From positions 1,093-65,092 of the forward strand of contig DATGWQ010000130.1 of NCBI GenBank assembly GCA_035299385.1: DNA of 64,000 bases, written 5' to 3'. Positions 49,386 to 58,515 of this stretch are shown here, piece after piece (position 1 is the first letter of the stretch; each line of letters opens with the position of its first letter). The translations under genes were made by a program, and so were the position numbers. The notes below the pieces were generated by a model, which saw nothing but the letters and a program-made list of their open reading frames with translations, ran no database searches and was not told the origin of the DNA. This DNA comes from Bacteroidales bacterium (GTDB lineage: Bacteria > Bacteroidota > Bacteroidia > Bacteroidales > VadinHA17).

Positions 49386-50780
49386 TCAATGAATTCCGCC
49401 AGCCGGTTTTTCTTTCCTGATCCCGACCCTTACAAATGCTTCGAGGTCGTTCAGGGCTATTGACTGCTGTGCTCCGGTCAACATTGTTTTTACAGTTATA
49501 TTTGAGTTTTTGATCTCGTCAGCTCCGGCCATAACAATATACGGTATCTTCCTGGCAGATGCATATGACAGCTGCTTCTTCATCTTTGCCATATCAGGAT
49601 AGAGCTCTGTGCGGACCCCTGACCTGCGCAGGATATCGGTGATTTTAATCGCATACTGCAGTTCTGCCGTGCCGAAATTAACAACCATGCATTCTGTTGA
49701 AACCGTGCTCCCGCTGTCGAAGAGGTTCAGCTGCTGGAGGACATCATAGATCCGGTCGGCTCCAAACGAAACGCCGACTCCTGAAACACCCGGCATACCG
49801 AAAACGCCGGTAAGATTATCATACCTTCCTCCGCCGCAGATGCTTCCGAAGCTGAGATCCTTAGCTTTAACCTCGATTATTGCGCCTGTATAATAATTCA
49901 GTCCGCGTGCAAGCGAAAGATCGAGTTCAACATCACATGCAACATTATCCTGTATATATGTGAACAGCTCCGTCATTTCCAAAATGCCCTTTATGCCTGT
50001 TTCTGATGCAGACAAAATCTTCTTCAGCTCATCAAGCTTTGAGCCTGTATCACCCTGAAGCTGAAGAACGGGCTGCAGCTTTGAAACAGAATCATCGGAA
50101 AGGCCTTTTTCCCTGAGCTCATTATTCACCTGTTCAATACCGATCTTCTCAAGCTTGTCGATTGCAACCGTGATCTCGGGGAATTTTGAGGCGTTGCCTA
50201 TGTATTCGGCTATCCCTGAAAGGATTTTCCTGTTATTCAGCTTTATTAAAACATTTACCCTGAGCCTGCGGAATATCTCATCGATTATCCTGATCAGCTC
50301 ATATTCATTAAGAAGGGAATCGCTGCCGATAACATCGACATCGCATTGGAAGAACTCCCTGTAACGTCCTTTCTGAGGCCTGTCCGCCCTCCAGACAGGC
50401 TGAATCTGGAATCTCCTGAAAGGAAAGACTATCTCATCGCGATGCTGCACAACATATCGTGCAAACGGGACGGTAAGATCATATCTCAGTCCTTTGTCGC
50501 ACAGGATGGCTGATAATGCTGCTGTATCGCGTTCAAGCAGCTGTTCATCCGTTATCCCTGAAAAATAGTCCCCTGAATTCAGGATCCTGAAAAGCAGTTT
50601 ATCTCCTTCCTCTCCATATTTGCCCAGCAATGTCGAAAGGTTTTCCATTGCGGGTGTCTCTATGGGCTGGTAACCGTACAATCTGAAAACATCTCTTATG
50701 GTACCGAAAATATATTCCCTCCTCAGCATCTCTTCTGCTGAGAAATCACGCGTTCCCCTCGGTATTGATGGTTTGGACAT
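49386..50780 (-). CDS. hisS: Histidine--tRNA ligase
   Basis: 464 aa. [27 protein letters not shown] and GGGRYD motifs. Confidence 0.95.
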   Translation of the reverse strand: MSKPSIPRGTRDFSAEEMLRREYIFGTIRDVFRLYGYQPIETPAMENLSTLLGKYGEEGDKLLFRILNSGDYFSGITDEQLLERDTAALSAILCDKGLRYDLTVPFARYVVQHRDEIVFPFRRFQIQPVWRADRPQKGRYREFFQCDVDVIGSDSLLNEYELIRIIDEIFRRLRVNVLIKLNNRKILSGIAEYIGNASKFPEITVAIDKLEKIGIEQVNNELREKGLSDDSVSKLQPVLQLQGDTGSKLDELKKILSASETGIKGILEMTELFTYIQDNVACDVELDLSLARGLNYYTGAIIEVKAKDLSFGSICGGGRYDNLTGVFGMPGVSGVGVSFGADRIYDVLQQLNLFDSGSTVSTECMVVNFGTAELQYAIKITDILRRSGVRTELYPDMAKMKKQLSYASARKIPYIVMAGADEIKNSNITVKTMLTGAQQSIALNDLEAFVRVGIRKEKPAGGIH

Positions 50781-50817
50781 AAATGATAGAAGTAAAAAGG
50801 CAAATGTAGTGAAAAGC

Positions 50818-50863
50818 GCCTAGAGTGCCTAGAGTGCACTAACTCTAGCGCACCCTGGCGCAC
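50818..50863. repeat. Local duplications plus hairpin downstream of ppk2
   Basis: gcctagagt x2 (50818, 50827). 7-bp hairpin ctagagt-gcacta-actctag (50829-50848). gcgcac x2 (50848, 50858). Confidence 0.75.
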
Positions 50864-50877
50864 TTCTTTATATCTGC

Positions 50878-51774
50878 CTAATATTTTTCCGGCACAAACG
50901 TCTGGTCCGTAACCGGAGGCCTTACGTATGCAACGTCATGTTTCAGAGGGGGCAGCTTGAACGGCTTTTGCGTAAGATCCTCGTAAGGAATCATCGAAAG
51001 AAGGTGGCTTATGAGGTTCAGTCGTGCCCTTTTCTTATCATCACCATGCACGACGTACCAGGGTGATTGCTTTGTATCGGTGAAAGAGAACATCTTGTCC
51101 TTGGCCATGGAATATTCGACCCATTTATCGCGTGATTCAATGTCCATCGGGCTTATCTTCCATCTCTTTGTCGGATCCTTTATCCTTTCCTGGAAACGTT
51201 TTTCCTGTTCGTGATCGCTGACAGAGAACCAGTATTTCAGAAGTATAATGCCTGAGCGTATAAGCATCCTTTCGAATTCGGGGCATGACCGGAGGAACTC
51301 CTCGTATTCGTCGTTGGTGCAGTAGCCCATGACTTTTTCCACACCGGCACGGTTATACCAGCTTCTGTCGAAAAGAACTATTTCACCCCCGGCCGGAAGC
51401 TGGGAAACATACCGCTGGAAGTACCATTGTGATTTTTCCTTTTCCGTGGGAACACCAAGTGCAACGATGCGGCAGATCCTCGGATTAAGGCAACCTGCTA
51501 TTGTCTTGATCACCCCGCCTTTTCCGGCTGCATCCCTTCCCTCGAATACAACGACAACCCTGAGCTTTTTGGTTTTCACCCATTCCTGGAGCTTAACAAG
51601 CTCGATTTCGAGATTGCCAAGCTGTTTCATGTACTCCGTGTCTTTGATCTTTTTCTTCTTTTCAGGTTCTATGTCGTAGTACAGCTCAGCTTTTTCAGCT
51701 ATTTTGAACTTTTCAGGATGCTTCTTACCATTCTTGGCGTTTTTTTTGACATTTTTCTTGACTTCAGTTGCCAT
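50878..51774 (-). CDS. ppk2: Polyphosphate kinase 2
   Basis: 298 aa. Walker A VVFEGRDAAGKGG and DRSWYNR motif. Confidence 0.9.
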   Translation of the reverse strand: MATEVKKNVKKNAKNGKKHPEKFKIAEKAELYYDIEPEKKKKIKDTEYMKQLGNLEIELVKLQEWVKTKKLRVVVVFEGRDAAGKGGVIKTIAGCLNPRICRIVALGVPTEKEKSQWYFQRYVSQLPAGGEIVLFDRSWYNRAGVEKVMGYCTNDEYEEFLRSCPEFERMLIRSGIILLKYWFSVSDHEQEKRFQERIKDPTKRWKISPMDIESRDKWVEYSMAKDKMFSFTDTKQSPWYVVHGDDKKRARLNLISHLLSMIPYEDLTQKPFKLPPLKHDVAYVRPPVTDQTFVPEKY

Positions 51775-51891
51775 ATCCGGGATGTTTAGGTTAGTTAAGT
51801 GAAATATAGCACAATAATTTGAATATCAAAAAAGAATGTTGGTTTAGCCTCAAAAAGAAATCCTGTTAAAAACTTCGCAGACATTTACAGA

Positions 51892-51918
51892 ATTAATTAC
51901 GTAATTAATTACGTAATT
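51892..51918. repeat. Tandem 12-mer, each unit containing the palindrome AATTACGTAATT
   Basis: attaattacgta attaattacgta att. Lies ~120 nt upstream of the ppk2 ATG (minus strand). Confidence 0.85.
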
Positions 51919-51934
51919 CTTTTAAATCTGTAAA

Positions 51935-51999
51935 GCCGTTGCATACAACGGCTCTACTAATATGATCTATGATTTGCAGCAGCGTTGCATGCAACGCTG
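51935..51999 (-). terminator. Twin related hairpins downstream of the DUF4870 gene
   Basis: gccgttg-cata-caacggc (51935-51952) and the perfect palindrome cagcgttgca/tgcaacgctg (51980-51999). Both share the core GTTGCAxxCAAC. Only a weak U tract follows the distal hairpin. Confidence 0.55.
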
Positions 52000-52003
52000 G
52001 GCC

Positions 52004-52360
52004 TTACTGTATAAACGGGATTGCAAGCGGGTACTTGAACATCTCACCCCTTGCCGCCTTGACACTGCCGATCGTGATACACACTATCTTTAGAATGCCT
52101 AAAGCCATGATTATCGGTATTCCGATAATGATGATCATCAGGGGCAAAGCAAGTATTATATAGAGCAGCATTGACAAATTGAAATTGAGAGATGCCCTGC
52201 CGTTTACGTTTATCCAGGCTGATTCATCCTTTTTTGACAGATAACAAATGAGAGGCCCGATAACCCCGCCGAAAGGGAAAAAGAATCCGGCGAAAGCAGA
52301 AAGATGGCAAAGCATTGCCCAGTTCCTTTCTGTTTCTGTTAATAATCTGTTCTCTTCCAT
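52004..52360 (-). CDS. DUF4870-like small membrane protein
   Basis: 118 aa. ERNWAMLCHLSAFAGFFFPFGGVIGPLICYL and ASLNFNLS patterns. Three TM helices. Confidence 0.6.
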   Translation of the reverse strand: MEENRLLTETERNWAMLCHLSAFAGFFFPFGGVIGPLICYLSKKDESAWINVNGRASLNFNLSMLLYIILALPLMIIIIGIPIIMALGILKIVCITIGSVKAARGEMFKYPLAIPFIQ

Positions 52361-52406
52361 GACATATTGTTTTACTTAAAGACGGCCCAACAGGCACAAT
52401 GCTGCA

Positions 52407-53252
52407 TTATTCAGCCAGCCTTTTAAGATCGGCTGCAAGCAATCCGTTTGGAGCGTTTTTGCTGATTACATGCTGATTGTAATAATACATATTTGCATCG
52501 TCTGTCCCGATGAGCATTTTAAAACAATATCCCTGGTTCTTTTCACCGACAGGACCAACCTTATGAAGAATCACAGTATTCGGTGCCTTCGTCTCGATGG
52601 CCTTCACAATATCATCCTCAGTTACAATTTCGACATTGTACTTATATATTGACTTTATTTTTTCAATGGTTGAAATCTCTGGCGCAAGATCCTCCTCCTT
52701 CACAAGGATGGTCTTTGACCTGACATCCGGAATGAACCTGTTGTAATATTTAAGATACTTCCTCCCTGTAAGCGAAGGATCGGCCATTATCATCTGTGCA
52801 TGCTTCTGCATAAAAGAAAGGATTGCTCCAAGCTTGTAAGCATATTCAAGATCCTCTTCCCCGGCATACGAGAGCGGTACAGCGCAGATCTCAGGCATCT
52901 CCCCGAGATTGTTTATCTTTTTGCCTTGCAGCAGGTTGATGAAGTTAAACAGGCCGTTGGCCTTGTCCTTTTCATAGTTTGTCTGGGTAAGTACGATAAA
53001 GGAATATTTCGGGTCGAGCCTCCTGATATTGAAATCCTTAACTTCAATAAATTCAACCGGCGTGATTTTCCAGAACTCTTTCACAGCCTTTTTTATGTAT
53101 TCATTATAAGCGGAAAAGATGTTATCCTCAAGAACGACACATGTTGTTGAAGCTTCGAACTGCTTTATTTCATCTTTGCCGGGAAAAGGAGCCTGCCCGG
53201 AAAGGATGGCTGCACAAGCCAGTATCATTCCGGAAAGAAGGAATTTTTTCAT
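52407..53252 (-). CDS. Hypothetical secreted protein
   Basis: 281 aa. Signal peptide MKKFLLSGMILACAAILSGQ. No recognisable catalytic motif. 4-nt spacing to the upstream gene. Confidence 0.6.
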   Translation of the reverse strand: MKKFLLSGMILACAAILSGQAPFPGKDEIKQFEASTTCVVLEDNIFSAYNEYIKKAVKEFWKITPVEFIEVKDFNIRRLDPKYSFIVLTQTNYEKDKANGLFNFINLLQGKKINNLGEMPEICAVPLSYAGEEDLEYAYKLGAILSFMQKHAQMIMADPSLTGRKYLKYYNRFIPDVRSKTILVKEEDLAPEISTIEKIKSIYKYNVEIVTEDDIVKAIETKAPNTVILHKVGPVGEKNQGYCFKMLIGTDDANMYYYNQHVISKNAPNGLLAADLKRLAE

Positions 53253-53256
53253 AGTG

Positions 53257-54024
53257 TTATTTTTCAGAAGGAATATAAAGGGGATTTTTTTCGTTGAACT
53301 TCCTTATATAAACAAACATAAGCTCTTTCCTTTTCCTCCTGGGAAGATTAACCCATTCCTCGTACAGCTGGTTATCCTTCATAAGAAGCAGCTCGGTATT
53401 GTGAATATCGAATTCCAGCACTTTCCCGTTATCGAAGTCAATTATATACTGCTTGAGCTCATTTCTCGACATGTTGGACCTGTACGGCGAATAGTAGGGG
53501 CTGTACGGACTGTAAGGAGAATAGTAACTATTGTAGCCGTAAGGTGAATAATAGTAAGGGTCGTAATAATTTCCGTAACCGTAAGGATTGTAATACCTTG
53601 AATCATAAGTTGTGATATCAGCCACGAAGTGACTTATGCTGCCCACAAATGTGATCCTGTTGAAATTTTCCTGTATCTGAACATAAAGCACGCCGTTCCT
53701 TGCATATCCCCAGATATTGTTCTTGCCTACTTCCTGCCTGATCCCCATGTTGTCGTAAAAATAGATCTTGTCATTCTCGAAAAGCTTCCTGAAAAACTCC
53801 CTGTCGTTGTAATCGACTGATGTGAGGAGCTTTGCTTTCGGAATGGGATTGTTCTCCTTCACCTGTTCGAAATTCAGAAAAATACCGTCTTTGAACCTGA
53901 AATCAGGAGTAAACTTGACCATCCCCGGTTTATTCTCCTGAAGATCCTGTGCGGACAGAAAGGGGAATGATACGAATAAACTTATAAATACCGCTACCCT
54001 CAATGCTTTCAACATATGCTTCAA
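53257..54024 (-). CDS. Hypothetical secreted protein with Tyr/Pro/Ser-rich low-complexity core
   Basis: 255 aa. Signal peptide ...FLSAQ. Residues 140-181 read YDSRYYNPYGYGNYYDPYYYSPYGYNSYYSPYSPYSPYYSPY (19 Tyr in 42 aa). Confidence 0.6.
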   Translation of the reverse strand: MKHMLKALRVAVFISLFVSFPFLSAQDLQENKPGMVKFTPDFRFKDGIFLNFEQVKENNPIPKAKLLTSVDYNDREFFRKLFENDKIYFYDNMGIRQEVGKNNIWGYARNGVLYVQIQENFNRITFVGSISHFVADITTYDSRYYNPYGYGNYYDPYYYSPYGYNSYYSPYSPYSPYYSPYRSNMSRNELKQYIIDFDNGKVLEFDIHNTELLLMKDNQLYEEWVNLPRRKRKELMFVYIRKFNEKNPLYIPSEK

Positions 54025-54102
54025 GTTTAATCTTTTCAGATCAAATATTGTACCATCCAGACAAAATTAACGTTTTCCATTGAAGGTTGTTTATTTCCGT
54101 TA

Positions 54103-55479
54103 ATGTATATTTACGAAAAAAAGCTGTTCATGGTGGAAGAATCCGCGAAAATGAATTCCTCAGAAAAGATCAGGGAACCTTCCGGCCGTATATTCGAGAG
54201 GGTCGGGAAAAATACCGAAAAACTATCGCTGATAGCCTTGTTTTGCCTTATTGCAGCAGTTCTGCTGTTATCTGTCGGACAGATCCTAATAGCAGGGTGC
54301 ATGGTTGTAGCTGCGGCTGCGGCGGGTATTCTGATCTACAGCAAAACACTCGAGCTGAACAGGAAGTATAATGACACCCTGTCCGAAATGAATTCGATAG
54401 GCGGCAAACAGGATGAAGTTATTTCCAGCTTTTCTCATAAGATCAGGGAGCCCCTGAACAACCTGGTCATCATAACTGACATGCTTTCCGAATCAGGGCT
54501 GACCAAAAAACAGCAGGAGCTTCTCGAAACCTTCATAGCTTCGACCAACAACATGGTGACAACCGTGAACGAGCTCTCCATGCATTCTTCAGGAACAACG
54601 ATACATGAACAAAGAAAATCGATCCGGTTCAACCTTATCTCAACTATCGAGAACACTTTTGATCTTTACAGCCTGAAGGATCAGGCTAATCTCGAGTTCA
54701 TACTGAATAAAAAGGATTTCAGGGATGCCGAATATTATGGTGATCCGATATCGATCAAGCAGATCTTTCTCGACCTGTTCAACACTATCGAGAACCAGGC
54801 TTCAGAAAAGGCTATCACTGTGACGATCAATCTTAAGAAGGTGAAAGAAACCGCCAGTGAAAGTACAATTGCATTCAGGATACAGATTGACAGGAATATC
54901 ATACTGATCGACGAAGCTGAAACGGACAGGAGCCTTGCAGCACGTCTGATTTCAGCAAACAGGGGGAGCTATGACCAGGAGGCAGGTCCAAATCACTCAA
55001 TACTGAATTTTTATCTCACGCTGGGCAATACAACTCCTGAGCCGAGGCATAAGGCTGTCTCTCCCATCATGGAGGAGCTTGCACATAAGGAAAAAGCCCG
55101 CAAGAACCTGAAAGATCTTAAGGTCCTCCTCGTTGAAGACAACCTGATTAACCAGAAAATTACCCTGCTCACACTGAGTCCTTTTGTAGGAGCTATTGAA
55201 ACAGCATCAAACGGCAAGGAAGCGCTCGACAAGTTCGGTACGACAAATTATGATCTTATCCTGATGGATATCCAGATGCCTGTGATGAGCGGCCTCACAG
55301 CAGCCGAAAAAATAAGGGCTCTCGAATCGACGACAAACACACATGTGCCTATCATAGCGATTACAGCGAATGCAATGATTGGTGATAAAGAGAAATGCCT
55401 TGCCGTCGGAATTGACGATTATATAAGCAAACCCTTCCAGCCTGCCTCGCTTATAGAAAAGATTAAGAAGATTATATAG
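54103..55479 (+). CDS. Hybrid sensor kinase-like protein: TM region, HisKA, degenerate ATPase-like region, receiver
   Basis: 458 aa. H-box SFSHKIREPLNN. Receiver VLLVEDNLINQK...DLILMDIQMP...ITANA...SKP. I could not find G1 (DxGxG) or G2 (GxGLG) boxes between them. Confidence 0.8.
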   Translation: MYIYEKKLFMVEESAKMNSSEKIREPSGRIFERVGKNTEKLSLIALFCLIAAVLLLSVGQILIAGCMVVAAAAAGILIYSKTLELNRKYNDTLSEMNSIGGKQDEVISSFSHKIREPLNNLVIITDMLSESGLTKKQQELLETFIASTNNMVTTVNELSMHSSGTTIHEQRKSIRFNLISTIENTFDLYSLKDQANLEFILNKKDFRDAEYYGDPISIKQIFLDLFNTIENQASEKAITVTINLKKVKETASESTIAFRIQIDRNIILIDEAETDRSLAARLISANRGSYDQEAGPNHSILNFYLTLGNTTPEPRHKAVSPIMEELAHKEKARKNLKDLKVLLVEDNLINQKITLLTLSPFVGAIETASNGKEALDKFGTTNYDLILMDIQMPVMSGLTAAEKIRALESTTNTHVPIIAITANAMIGDKEKCLAVGIDDYISKPFQPASLIEKIKKII

Positions 55480-56515
55480 TCCCTGCGCTCAGCGGACGAA
55501 ATCCTATCACCATTATATCGTCCACCTGGACATTCCTGCCCATCCAGTTGCGGATATTGTCTTCAAGAACGACTTTCTGATCACTGAAAGGAAGCTTGTG
55601 TATGTTCAGCAAGAGATAACGGAACCGCCTGTACATGAACTTTTTATTATCCTCTCCCCCGAACTGGTCAACATACCCATCTGAAAAAATGTAAAGGACA
55701 TCATCATCCATAAGATCGTATTCAGTCTCGGTGTACCTGTGGCCTTCAGGGTTCATGCCGATGATCAGCTTATCGCCCCTTATCTCAGTAAGAGTGCTTT
55801 TCCTGATCAGGTAAAGAGGAAAAAATGCCCCGGCATAATGCAGCTTCCTCAGCTTCTTTTCAATTATGCACAAACCCACATCCATACCGTCCCTGATTAT
55901 TGTTCCGATATTTTTTTCCCTGCTGAAAGTCTTTTCCAGCGCCTTGTTGAGGATAGCGAGGATCCTGGCTGGGTCCTGGATATGATCATCGTTGATAGTC
56001 TTTTCAATAATTTCATGGCCGATCATCGACATGAGGGCGCCCGGCACACCATGACCCGTACAGTCTGCGGCAACAACAAATATCTTATCATCGTTTTCAC
56101 CGATCCAGTAAAAATCGCCGCTCACTATATCCTTGGGCATGAAGAGAATGAAAGAATCCTGGAATCTCTGACGGAAGTAGTCCTCTGACGGAAGCAGGGC
56201 TTCCTGAATTCTCTGTGCATATATAAGGCTGTCAATAAGGTTTTTATCCTTGAGCTCAAGCTCTGCTTTCTGCCTGTCGACAGTTTCAAGAGCCTGTTCC
56301 TTCTCTTTAAGCAACCTCCGTGTCTGAATAAGCAGCCTGGTTTGTAATCTTAGAATAAGGTAAACGAGCGCAACCGCGATAATTCCAAAAACAAGAATTC
56401 TGAAGAATGCACCGGATGCCCATGGAAAGGTATCCTGAAGGGAAGTCTGCTCAAGAGCCTTTCCGGCTAAAATGAAATGGTATGTCAGAACATGGTATAA
56501 CATCGAAGAATACAA
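55472..56515 (-). CDS. PP2C-type serine phosphatase (SpoIIE/RsbU family) with N-terminal TM and coiled coil
   Basis: 347 aa. GDFYWI...VAADCTGHGVPGALMS and SDGYVDQFGG motifs. The 3' end overlaps the convergent kinase-like gene by 8 nt. Confidence 0.85.
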   Translation of the reverse strand: MYSSMLYHVLTYHFILAGKALEQTSLQDTFPWASGAFFRILVFGIIAVALVYLILRLQTRLLIQTRRLLKEKEQALETVDRQKAELELKDKNLIDSLIYAQRIQEALLPSEDYFRQRFQDSFILFMPKDIVSGDFYWIGENDDKIFVVAADCTGHGVPGALMSMIGHEIIEKTINDDHIQDPARILAILNKALEKTFSREKNIGTIIRDGMDVGLCIIEKKLRKLHYAGAFFPLYLIRKSTLTEIRGDKLIIGMNPEGHRYTETEYDLMDDDVLYIFSDGYVDQFGGEDNKKFMYRRFRYLLLNIHKLPFSDQKVVLEDNIRNWMGRNVQVDDIMVIGFRPLSAGTI

Positions 56516-56530
56516 AAATATATGGTTTTT

Positions 56531-58432
56531 TCAAACCATTGCTCTGCCTGTTAACAACTCATCATTCCCCGCTTTTTTCAGCTTTCTGTATCTGAGCGAG
56601 GGTGATTCGATAAATTCCCCGATCCCAAGTTCCGGCCATAATGAATCCACGCTGGACATTGTTTTATTGTCAGAACAAACAACATTCGGCCATCTTCTCG
56701 GAAAACCTCCCTTCCTGTAAGCCTTTATCGTGCCATCAACGAAAACCACCTCGCCGTTTATGAAGAAATGATCACGCCCGGGATCGCTGTTTGCAAGGAC
56801 CTGCCATGCAACAGTGAAATAATCCCTGACATCCACAGCATTGTCGACAGCCACAACAAGCTTTACTGCTGTATCACTGAGCCGCCCGGACAGCAATTCC
56901 TTTAACTTGCCTGTCGATTCCGGGTCAGAAACGAGGTCGACAGACAGGATCAGGACAGGAATGCCGTCTTTGATCAGCTCAGAATTGAAATCTTTAATCA
57001 CACTGGATCCGGATATAAAAGAGAAATCCTGCTCCGCCGAATTCAGCTTTGACCGGGTAACTCCTGAAAATTCCTCCGGCATTTTCGATGTAGCATCAAT
57101 CCCGGCTTTTCCTCCGAAAGAGAATGAATCCGAGGCATGATCCAGCACGTCGAGAGGGCCACGGCTGAATAAAATATCTTTCACGGGATCAGTATTAATG
57201 AAGACATGCCTGGCAAGTTCATAGTAATTCCTTATATCGACTCCGCCGTCGACGACAACAATGTATTTTGAAAACATCATCTGCCCTGCCCCGAAAAGTG
57301 AATTGATGACCTTAATGCCCTGGCCTGGATAACTCTTCCTGATACTGACAATAACGAGGTTGTGAGCTGTTCCTGCATCCGGCATATGGAAGTCAAGCAC
57401 CTCGGGCAGCATGGCCATCCTGACAGGGCCGAGAAAGATCCTTTCCGTAGCCTTTGCAAGCCATGCATCTTCCATCGGAGGAATTCCCACGATAGTTGCA
57501 GGATATACAGCTTCTTCCTGATGAGTTATACAGGTGACATGAAAGCGCGGGTAAAGATCAGAAAGGGAATAAAAGCCTGTATGATCGCCGAACGGGCCTT
57601 CCATAAAGAGCTCTTCCGAAGGGTCGACATATCCTTCAATGACAATATCCGCATCTTCCGGAACCATCAGGTCGTTTGTGATGCATCTGACCAGCCTCAC
57701 TCTTTTCTTCCTCAGGAATCCTGCAAGAATATATTCACTGATGTTTTCCGGAAGCGGAGCTGTTGCAGCGTAGGTGTATACGGGGTCTCCGCCCAGGGTT
57801 ACCGATACAGGCATCCTCCTGCCCTTTTTTTCCCATGCCTCAAAATGATTTGCACCTGTTTTGTGCCTTTGCCAGTGCATGCCGGTTGTTCGGCTGTCCA
57901 GAACCTGCATCCTGTACATGCCGACATTGGGGCTGCCGGTTTCTGGATGGATGGTGTGCACCATTGGAAGTGTGATGAAGCGCCCGCCGTCATAAGGCCA
58001 GCATTTCAGAATCGGTAGTATACCAAGATCAGGATCGCGGATTATTACATCCTGGCAGGCGCCCCTTTTATTTGAATGCGAGGGTAACAGGGAGGAGAGC
58101 TCAAACAGCTCAGGCAATGATTTAAGCTTTGAGGTGAAAGAGGGCTTCAATGAAGAAAAGCGGCTGAACAATCCTTCAATTTCCTCACCTGCATCGTAGG
58201 GATTTTCGCGTGAAAGGGCAAGGGCCATCCTTTTGTCGGAGCCGAACATATTGATCAGAACCGGGAACCCTGTACCGTCATTTGTGAAAAGAAGCGCTTT
58301 GCCGTTTGATTTTACAACTCTGTCTGTGATCTCAGTAATTTCAAGTTCCGGGTCAGCGAACCTGTTGATTGTTATGAGTTCGTTCTCCTTATTGAGCCTC
58401 TTTATAAAAGAATTAAGGGAAGTGTATGGCAT
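56531..58432 (-). CDS. UbiD family decarboxylase (menaquinone/ubiquinone-type prenyl-aromatic decarboxylase)
   Basis: 633 aa. GPFGDHTGFYS and HWQRHKTG motifs typical of UbiD. Confidence 0.85.
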   Translation of the reverse strand: MPYTSLNSFIKRLNKENELITINRFADPELEITEITDRVVKSNGKALLFTNDGTGFPVLINMFGSDKRMALALSRENPYDAGEEIEGLFSRFSSLKPSFTSKLKSLPELFELSSLLPSHSNKRGACQDVIIRDPDLGILPILKCWPYDGGRFITLPMVHTIHPETGSPNVGMYRMQVLDSRTTGMHWQRHKTGANHFEAWEKKGRRMPVSVTLGGDPVYTYAATAPLPENISEYILAGFLRKKRVRLVRCITNDLMVPEDADIVIEGYVDPSEELFMEGPFGDHTGFYSLSDLYPRFHVTCITHQEEAVYPATIVGIPPMEDAWLAKATERIFLGPVRMAMLPEVLDFHMPDAGTAHNLVIVSIRKSYPGQGIKVINSLFGAGQMMFSKYIVVVDGGVDIRNYYELARHVFINTDPVKDILFSRGPLDVLDHASDSFSFGGKAGIDATSKMPEEFSGVTRSKLNSAEQDFSFISGSSVIKDFNSELIKDGIPVLILSVDLVSDPESTGKLKELLSGRLSDTAVKLVVAVDNAVDVRDYFTVAWQVLANSDPGRDHFFINGEVVFVDGTIKAYRKGGFPRRWPNVVCSDNKTMSSVDSLWPELGIGEFIESPSLRYRKLKKAGNDELLTGRAMV

Positions 58433-58515
58433 CTGTCTTTGATATCTGCCATAAAGATATTCAATATTGTATTGCAGTTGGCTTGGCCGACTTTAAGAGA
58501 GCAGAATAATCTTTG

